From Octopus sinensis (lineage: Eukaryota), in contig NC_043017.1 of the NCBI RefSeq assembly GCF_006345805.1, positions 17,608,001 to 17,672,000 of the forward strand: a stretch of DNA of 64,000 nucleotides. Direction: 5' to 3'. The translations under genes were made by a program, and so were the position numbers. Every line of letters begins with the position of its first letter. Positions within the stretch are counted from its first letter, which is position 1. The notes under the pieces are model-generated. The model did not search any database. It was given only the letters and a program-made list of their open reading frames with translations, and was not told the DNA's origin. Below, one piece after another: positions 55,496-64,000 of this stretch.

Positions 55496-55579
55496 CTTGG
55501 GTTTCCCGTCCGTAAAGGGTTTCGCTTCATGATGTGCGTGCGCGTGTATATAATAGAGAGTACACGAAGCACCAGCTTG
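55496..55579 (-). CDS. Candidate 84-nt exon (or first exon with ATG at 55530)
   Basis: Good donor AAG|gtaatc, weak acceptor. Phase-2 frame KLVLRVLSIIYTRTHIMKRNPLRTGNP is open; lies in a CpG-rich zone. Confidence 0.35.
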
Positions 55580-56791
55580 CTGGCATACATACATACATAC
55601 ATGCATACACGGATGCCTATATCTATCCATATATGTATACACATACATTAACATAGTGGAGGTTTCTGACTGAACACATGCATATATTCGCATGAAATAC
55701 ACACGCGCTCACACAGACCATAACGAAGCATACACACACTTGTGTGTTACAGTGACATACTGATTGCAAAAGTGCAAGTTTATCCACGCACGAACACACA
55801 TATATAGTCGAACCAATTCATGCATCTACAACCACCAAGCGCTGTCTTGACTTCAACGACAGCCTCGCCACTTTGTTAGTGACCAACTTAAATTCTACAA
55901 AGGAAAAAGACAAAACTTAATTATTCTCAAAGAACCACACACACACATTCATTCATTCGTTCATTCAATCAATCTTTTAGCGCGCCTAAGAGAGAAAACT
56001 TAGATCTTACCTGAATAAATTTTACAGAACTACAACAGCGACAGACACCATGTATATAAAATGTGTATCTTTTATCGTTTACTTGTTTCAGTTATTAGAC
56101 TGCGGCCATGCTGGGGCACCGCCTTGTAGAATTTTGTATGTATTATATAATGTACATATATAACGCGTGTGTGTGTGTGTTACAAATTTTTTTTAATTAT
56201 GTCCATAAAAGGTTTAAACCTTTTTGATTTTTCCTTCGTTAATTTTTGTTTCTATATTTGCCGATAAGTAGGGAAAAGCTCCCAATAATAGTGGCAGGAA
56301 TGGTGCCGGTCTGAGAGACAGGCTTCACCTGAAAAATGTCTCACAGCAGCAGCAGAAGCCGAACTGGCACCAAGCACTTGCCTAATTAACATTATTCAAA
56401 TTAGGATTGAATATATTAACATAATCGGAAGTCAGCCGTAGTGATGAATCGTTGCTATGACAAAGAAGCGGAGTACGTGGTGGACAGAGGAAAAACTCTT
56501 AACGAGTAACTTAATGTAGGTTGTAGGATTACATAAATACATATTGATACACACACGGGTGTGTATGTGCGTGTATATATACGTGATACGTGTGTGTGTG
56601 TATACACATAAACACGGATACACACAAGGTGGTGGGTGCTATAGTTTGGTTTTGAACGCGATGGCTAAAAGAAGCTGGATACTATACTAAAAAGCACAAC
56701 AAATACACAATTATGCATACATATGAAGACTTAAACACACACACAACCATACATATATCTGTATATACATATACACACACACACACACACA

Positions 56792-56927
<136 letters not shown>

Positions 56928-57377
56928 TATATACTCTTTTACTTGTTTCAGTCATTTGACTGTGGCCATGCTGGAGCACCGCCTTTAATCGAGCAACTCG
57001 ACCCCGGGACTTATTCTTTGTAAGCCCAGTACTTATTCTATCGGTCTCTTTTGCCGAACCGCTAAGTGACGGGGGACATAAACACACCAGCATCGGTTGT
57101 CAAGCAATGCTAGGGGGACAAACACAGACACACAAACATACACGCACATACGTATATATATACATATATACGACGGGCTTCTTTCAGTTTCCGTCTACCA
57201 AATCCACTCACAAGGCTTTGGTCGGCCCGAGGCTATAGTAGAAGACACTTGCCCAAGGTGCCACGCAGTGGGACTGAACCCGGAACCATGTGGTTTATGA
57301 TTATTATTATTATTATTAAGTAACCAGAAGATGGATTTGATATTAGTCTTTATTTAGTGCTCAACACTTCAACACAC

Positions 57378-57429
<52 letters not shown>

Positions 57430-57916
57430 CACACACATGCACATACATACACATGTACAAACACAAACACACTACATAAAAATTGACAGTTAAAAAAAGT
57501 GGTGTATAAAGTTTAGAGCAAACAGATGCTTAAGTAATTTTATAAAGTTGAAAGCGGCGAGCTGGAAGAATCGTTACTCCTGCAGGAAGATAATAATGTT
57601 TTGTGGCATTTCTTCTGATTTTACGTTCTAAGTTCAAATGCCACTGGAGTCGACTTTGCTTTTCATCCTTTCAGGGTTGATAAAATAGGTACCAGTTGAA
57701 TGCTGGAGTCAGTGTAATCAACTTAACCCTTCCTGAAATTGATGGCCTTGTGCCATCAATATTTTTATACATTTGTATCTGGTCCTCTGACACAAGTATG
57801 AACCTAGTCAACAAGGGAAGCCCTAGGAAGATGCTCAAATTACTAGAAATAGCAATCAAATTTCCTCACCAGACAACACTATTGTCTTACAAGTGGGAAG
57901 GCTATATTAAATAATT

Positions 57917-58091
57917 GGCATAACTTCGGTATAAGTACCGGAAGTACCGGATACATTTCAAGAAAGTGTTTTTTTTAATATTTATTGGGGGTTAGGGTTT
58001 TTGTGTTAGGGTTAGGGGTGGGAGAAAAGGGTTTCTGTTATCTTCAGAAATGTAAACAAAGCCACGTGTGTACTTATACCGAAGGATCGCC
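57917..58091. mobile_element. Short GG..CC MITE with TTAGGG-like core
   Basis: Imperfect TIR ggc..ttcggtataagtac / gtacttataccgaa..gcc; flanks taaataatt / aaaataatt (8-9-bp TSD). Confidence 0.7.
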
Positions 58092-58235
58092 AAAATAATT
58101 TACATTTAGAATACCGTTTGAATAAAATATGGGATGGTCATGGGTGGAACACCTTTGGTCATAGATCTGCACAGCCAGGATTGACCCGAGGATAAACAAC
58201 ATACACTGACAGACAGATAGATTAATAGATATATT

Positions 58236-58803
58236 CCCGTGCCGGCGGCACGTAAAATGCACCATCCGACCGTGGCCGTTTGCCAGCCTCGCCTGGCACC
58301 TGTGCCGGTGGCACGTAAAATGCACCATCCGACCGTGGCCGTTTGCCAGCCTCGCCTGGCACCTGTGCCGGTGACACGTAAAAAGCACCATCCAACTGTG
58401 GCCGTTTGCCAGCCTCGCCTGGCCCCCGTGCCGGTGGCACGTAAAAAGCACCATCCGACCGTGGCCGTTTGCCAGCCTCGCCTGGCCCCCGTGCCGGTGG
58501 CACGTAAAAAGCACCATCCGACCGTGGCCGTTTGCCAGCCTCGCCTGGCCCCCGTGCCGGTGGCACGTAAAAAGCACCATCCGACCGTGGCCGTTTGCCA
58601 GCCTCGCCTGGCCCCCGTGCCGGTGGCACGTAAAAAGCACCATCCGACCGTAGCCGTTTGCCAGCCTCGCCTGGCCCCCGTGCAAGTGGCACGTAAAAAG
58701 CACCATCCGACCGTGGCCGTTTGCCAGCCTCGCCTGGCCCCCGTGCCGGTGGCACGTAAAAAGCACCATCCGACCATGACCGTTTGCCAGCCCCGTCTGG
58801 CAC
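58236..58803. repeat. 63-bp GC-rich minisatellite, 9 units, inside a family C SINE
   Basis: Unit ccgtgccggtggcacgtaaaaagcaccatccgaccgtggccgtttgccagcctcgcctggccc; gives a 21-aa periodicity in the ORF track. Confidence 0.95.
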
Positions 58804-59804
58804 CTGTGCCGGTGGCACGTAAAAAGCACCCACTACACTCACAGAGTGGTTGGCGTTAGGAAGGGCATCCAGCTGTAGAAACACTGCCAGATCAGACTGG
58901 AGCCTGGTGCAGCCTCCTGGCTGCCCAGACCCCAGTTGAACCGTCCAACCCATGCTAGCATGGAAAGCGGACGCTAAATGATGATGATGACGATGATGAT
59001 ATGCTGATATAAAAAATGTGTGAGTGGAGGCAACATAAATACCCCTGAAGATGTGGATGCATTCAACACCCATGAAACTTTACATAATGTGGTATTGATT
59101 CAACTTAACAACTCCAACTAAATGTGTTTCTTCACCCACACATGCATATGTGTGTTTGTATATCTGTCCTTAATTCACTTCCACTTCATTCTTTTTAATT
59201 CCTCACCTCCCCTCCTATATTTTCATAAATTACTTCATTAACTCTCTAGTATAAGCTTTACAAACATAATTTCCTTATGCTAAACTCTCTTCATCTGTTT
59301 ATGATTTTTTATAAAAATACCAGTTATTGTTTTTAATGGTTAGATTTAATTTACATTAGGTAAATGTATTCTCATTTGACATTTCTCTAACTTACTCACC
59401 CTATGCTGCATCCTATGCTGCATATATGGAGATTGAATTAGCAAATCTATACTAATCTATAGAGAGAGTGTTATTGATGTCTCTATATTTATATCATCTC
59501 CTAACCGTTCATCTGTTAGTTTTTTAATCATTGACATGATTCCCATCACTATCATACACAGAGAGGAAGAGATAGACATGAAACTCATAGATCCAACTTC
59601 TCTGCTCTTTTTATGAGTTCCTATTATTATTTTTTCTTTGATGAGTACTTTGATAATTTCGAAATTCAAATATGAATTTATACCTATGTACAAAACAACT
59701 GTATGCATGAATAAACTTCATACAACTTTTTAACACCTTATCTCCTCCATTTTTGACAAATATGATTGAATTTGTAGAACAATATATATATATATATATA
59801 TATC

Positions 59805-60283
59805 AAAATAAGCAACAGGATATCCATAGGTGATGTAGTACAACCGTTTCAAGCAGCTCCATTTAATTGAACAATGCAATCATTGCATCACTTTAAATGC
59901 AGAGCAATCCTCAGCTGCATAAACAAATAAATAGAATTAATTTAAACAGTCAGACACATTTCTGTAATTTTACTTGAAACCTCTAAGAGGGTTAGAAGAC
60001 AAAGTCTATGCTGTTTTCACTTCTGCTTAGAAGCTACACTGCTCAGTTAGCTTCTAAGCTGAAGTGAAAACAGGATGGACTGTGTCTGTCTTCTAACCCT
60101 CTTAGAGGTTTCAAGTAAAATTATAGAAATGTGTCTGAATGTTTAAATTAATTCTATTTATTTGTTTATGCAGCTGAGGATTGCTCTGCATTTAAAGTGA
60201 TGTAATGATTGCATTGTTCAATTAAATGGAGCTGCTTGAAACGGTTGTACTGCATCACCTCTGAATATCCTGTTGCTTATTTT
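59805..60283. mobile_element. About 480-bp palindrome = inverted dimer of an HHR-bearing unit
   Basis: Arms 59805-60036 and 60048-60283, about 95% identity, 11-nt loop; (TA)n immediately left. Confidence 0.92.
60168..60255 (+). ncRNA. Type I hammerhead motif (mirror copy at 59833-59920 on the minus strand)
   Basis: augcag CUGAGGA ...stem II... GAAAC gguu GUA cugcau; 6-bp stem I, imperfect base of stem II. Confidence 0.7.
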
Positions 60284-60819
60284 AATTCTATCACCTTATT
60301 TTGAAATTGTAAGGATAATACCACACTAATTTCTGATGCTTCAACTTAAGTACTTAATTCATCTGAATCTCAATTATTTTACTATATATATATATATATC
60401 ATCATCATCATCATCATCGTTTAACGTCCACTTTCCATGCTGGCATGGGTTGGACGGTTTGTCTGGGGTCTGGGAAGCCAGGAGGCTGCACCAGACTCCA
60501 GTCTGATCTAGCAGAGTTTCTACAGCTGGATGCCCTTCCTGACGCCAGCCACTCTGATATATATAAATTGAGACCTCCTTCAGTCACAACACAGACAATG
60601 GGATTGCACCTGGAAAGTTACCCTCCCAGGCACAAGTCCGGGCAAGGTTGTTTATGGAAGACCAGCAGTCGCCCATGCATACTGGCCTCACCTCTCCACA
60701 CCACCAGTGTTATCCAAGGGAAAGGCAAAGGCCGATACTGCTTGGCACCAGTGATGTCGCAACTCATTTCTACAGCTGAGTGAACTGGAGCAACATGAAA
60801 TAAAGTGTCTTGCTCAAGA

Positions 60820-61390
60820 AGAAGACACAACAGAGTTGGGACCTATATACACTGGAAACTATGCCAACACTATGGAAAAGCAACAGAAAAAGGATGGTAT
60901 AGGCACACACTAGAAAAGGTCACAGAAAATAGGAAAGCAACTGTATTCTAGGATATACCAATACACACAGATAGAGAAATTAAGGGCAATAGGCTGGATG
61001 TAGTTGTCAGAGGTAACCTAGATAAAAAAATTTCTAATTGATGTATCAATACCAACAGATGACAATGTTTCTCTAAAAGAAATGGAGAAACATTCAAAAT
61101 ACAAAGATCTGGAAATGGAGGTAACTTGAATGTGGACCCTAAAAACAGAAATAATTCCTATCATAGTAGGTGCATTAGGTATGATAAAAAAATATTCAGA
61201 CAAATACATAACAAAAACACCAGGACTTACAAGTATAAATAACATACAGAAAATAGCACACACATCCTACGTAAAACACTTTCAATACAGTAAAAATAAG
61301 AGCGTCACAACAAACCACAGCACATACCCAGGGCACACAGAGCTCCGCTCGGTAGTGCAGTGAAAGCATGTGATAAAAATAAGACTACTG
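60820..61390 (+). mobile_element. R4/Dong-like non-LTR retrotransposon 3' end (restriction-like endonuclease domain)
   Basis: DIPIHTDREIKGNRLDVV / LIDVSIPTDDNVSLKEMEKHSKYKDLE / MWTLKTEIIPIIVGALG, followed by (TAA)n at 61390-61490. Confidence 0.8.
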
Positions 61391-61730
61391 AATAATAATA
61401 TTATTATTAATAATAATAATGATAATAATAATAATATCATTATTATTATTAATAATAATAATAATCATAATGATAATAATAATAATAATATAGTTAAACA
61501 GTTTTGAAAGTAATGAACTAATCAATCAATCAAGTAATTAATGTAATCAATCAATAAAACAATCAGTTCTTGTTTGTTGCCAATAGAAACAACTCTGATG
61601 TCCCACTTTTAGACTGACATGAAATTGATTATATTTATATAATGTGAGAGATGTAAAAGTATATTAATATATTTTACATAGTACAAGCATTATCAAACAC
61701 AGAACTCAATATATATATATATATATATGA

Positions 61731-61770
<40 letters not shown>

Positions 61771-62419
61771 GGCTGATGCCAGTGCCGCCTGACTGGCTTC
61801 CATGCTGGTGGCACGCAATAAGCACCATGAATGGTTGGGTTGTTGCTAGTGCCGCACCATCCGAACATGGTCGATGCCACCCTTCCTGCCCTGACTGGCT
61901 CCTGTGCCCGTAGCACGTAAAAGGCACCATCTGGACATGGCCGACGCCAGTGCCGCCTGACTGGCTGCCGCCGTGCCGGTGGCACGTAGAAAGCACCTAC
62001 TATGCTCTCAAAGTGGTTGGTGTTAGGAAGAGCATCGAGCTGTAGCAACACTGCCAGATCAGATTGGAGCTTGGTGCAGCCTCCTGGCTTGCCAGTCCCT
62101 AGTCAAACCGTCCAACCCATGCCAGCATGGAAAACAAACATTAGACGATGATGATGATGACATATATACATACATATATATATATATATATATATGCTTA
62201 CATATACATATATATACATACACATACATACATATATACATATACATACACATACATACATATATACACATACATACACATACATACATATATACACATA
62301 CATACATATATACATATATACCGGAGTAAACACATAAATGTGAAACAAGGTGGAAAAAAGAGTACTCAATTACCAGTGGTAAAGTAATATGCTTTATTTA
62401 AAGCAGCAGAAAATTCAAC

Positions 62420-62467
62420 AAAACCTGTTACTCTGAGTTTCCCGTTGCCGTTCATCGGACAGTTTTT
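62420..62467 (-). ncRNA. Minimal type I hammerhead (CCGAUGA variant)
   Basis: aaaaacugu CCGAUGA a cg-gcaa-cg g GAAA cuc-a-gag UA acagguuuu. Confidence 0.75.
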
Positions 62468-63074
62468 GAGCAAAAACTGTCCGATGAAGTAGTAGTAGTA
62501 GTTATGAAAGTTGCTGCTACTATTAGCTTTGTAAACAGCCCCCTTGGTTTCAGTTTCACAGTGGCCTCCCACTGGACATCTGCTGTAGACCCTAAACGAG
62601 CATCATGCCTCCACTTGTGGTCTGGGAGTGTTAACTCTCTTTTACTCTTTACTCTCTTTTACTTGTTTCAGTCATTTGACTGCGGCCATGCTGGAGCACT
62701 GCCTTTAGTCGAGCAATCGACCCGACGGATTATTCTTTGTAAGCCCAGTACTTATTCTATCGGTCTCTTTTGCTGAACCGCTAAGTGACGGGGACGTAAA
62801 TACAGCAGCACTGGTTGTCAAGCAATGCTAGGGGACAAACACAGACACACACAATACATACACATATATACATATATATATATACATATACACGACAGGC
62901 TTCTTTCAGTTTCCGTCTACCAAATCCACTCACAAGGCATTGGTCGGCCCGGGGCTATAGCAGAAGACACTCGCCCAAGATGCCACGCAGTGGGACTGAA
63001 CCCGGAACCATGTGATTGGTTAGCAAGCTACTTACCACACAGCCACTCCTGCGCCTAACTAAAATATTCTTAAA

Positions 63075-63440
63075 TGTGATTGTATAAAGTGCTTATCTAC
63101 TACTTTAAGGAATATCCTACCTACACGTTTGTATGTTGAGGGAGAATGCAGGGGATGGGAACCAAATGATATCTAGGCAATGCTTCCTTTTGAGGGTGTT
63201 AGGTCCCAGCATGTAGGAGATGTGGTTCATAAACATGATTGCAGGTAGGGCCTCATTATAGTAGGGGGCTGCTGTGTCGAAAATTTCTTGGCTACAGGAA
63301 AGATTCGAGAGCCTCTTGCTGACACCCTTCACCAGGTTTTTAAACATGATGGGTGAGTGGCAAAAGGCTGTGTTGATATTTGCCAGCCTCTTGTTTGGTT
63401 TGTAATAGGGCCTGTAAGTATCAGAGCCCAAGTTGGCTGT
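63075..63440 (-). mobile_element. Penelope-like element RT C-terminal fragment
   Basis: YRPYYKPNK...MFKNLVKGVSKRLSNLSCSQEIFDTAAPYYNEAL...DIIWFPSPAFSLNI. Confidence 0.85.
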
Positions 63441-64000
63441 GACATCTAAGAAGTCTGCATATATATATATGTATGTGTGTTTGTGGCGTTAGGAAGGGCA
63501 TCCAGCTGTAGAAACACTGCCAGATCAGACCGGAGCCTGGTGCAGCCTTCTGGCTTCCCAGACCCCCGGTCGAACCGTCCAACCCATGCTAGCATGGAGA
63601 ACGGACGTTAAACGATGATGATGATGATGTTCCGTGCTGGCATGGGTTGTAATGATTTGAATGGGACCAATGGGTCCAAGGGCTGCATTGTACTCTAGTG
63701 TCTGCTTTGGCATTGTTTCTATAGCTGGATGTCCTTCCTAACACCAACCACTTTACAATGTGTACAGGGTGCCACAAGCACTAGTAAGGTCATCTGGCCT
63801 TCTGCTAGCAGGTGAGGGTTAATGTATGATAGAAGGGGATGGAACAGTGCAAGTTCTTCTTGTAAAGGGACTACATGGCTACACCCATTTAGAGGAAAGT
63901 ATATTACTGGTTATGGATATAAGGGGTCAAAATGTTACTGTTGGCTTCATGCTGGCTATTGTACCTACTTGAAAACTACAGTAACATTCTGGCTAATTAT

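Noticed and set aside
58074-59073. Four overlapping 200-280-aa ORFs as a repeat protein, or the array as CRISPR
   Set aside because: They arise from a stop-free 63-bp unit inside a SINE; there are no unique spacers and the context is eukaryotic.
59457-59708. 83-aa ORF or 178-nt exon with a Met-rich hydrophobic stretch
   Set aside because: Only a modest donor (gttagg), and an ORF of this length is expected by chance; kept only as an option in the gene finding.

Overview
AT-rich (roughly 65-70%), microsatellite-saturated eukaryotic DNA with one 100-N gap (1683-1782). The SINE, MITE and LINE families look like those of a coleoid cephalopod, probably Octopus; this is inferred from repeat recognition, not a database search. 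Most of the window is repeats: four or five tRNA-derived SINE families, LINE 3' fragments (CR1-like, RTE, R4/Dong), Penelope-like element (PLE) RT and GIY-YIG fragments, decayed Tc1/mariner transposases and several MITEs with visible TSDs. Nearly all ORFs in the supplied track are microsatellite or repeat artefacts. A few well-formed minus-strand splice-site pairs (55.5k, 52.5k, 48.0k, 35.7k, 34.9k, 33.2k) suggest a multi-exon gene of unknown product. The main signal is about ten type I hammerhead ribozyme (HHR) motifs from at least seven unrelated short PLE/retrozyme-like units, many ending at (TA)n. Three of these units are outward-facing palindromic dimers carrying an HHR on each strand (3.25-3.56k, 44.10-44.67k, 59.80-60.28k), and several other units end in 5' snap-back hairpins. 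One dimer has a tRNA-like Pol III head and a 12-bp TSD. All alignments and folds were done by eye.
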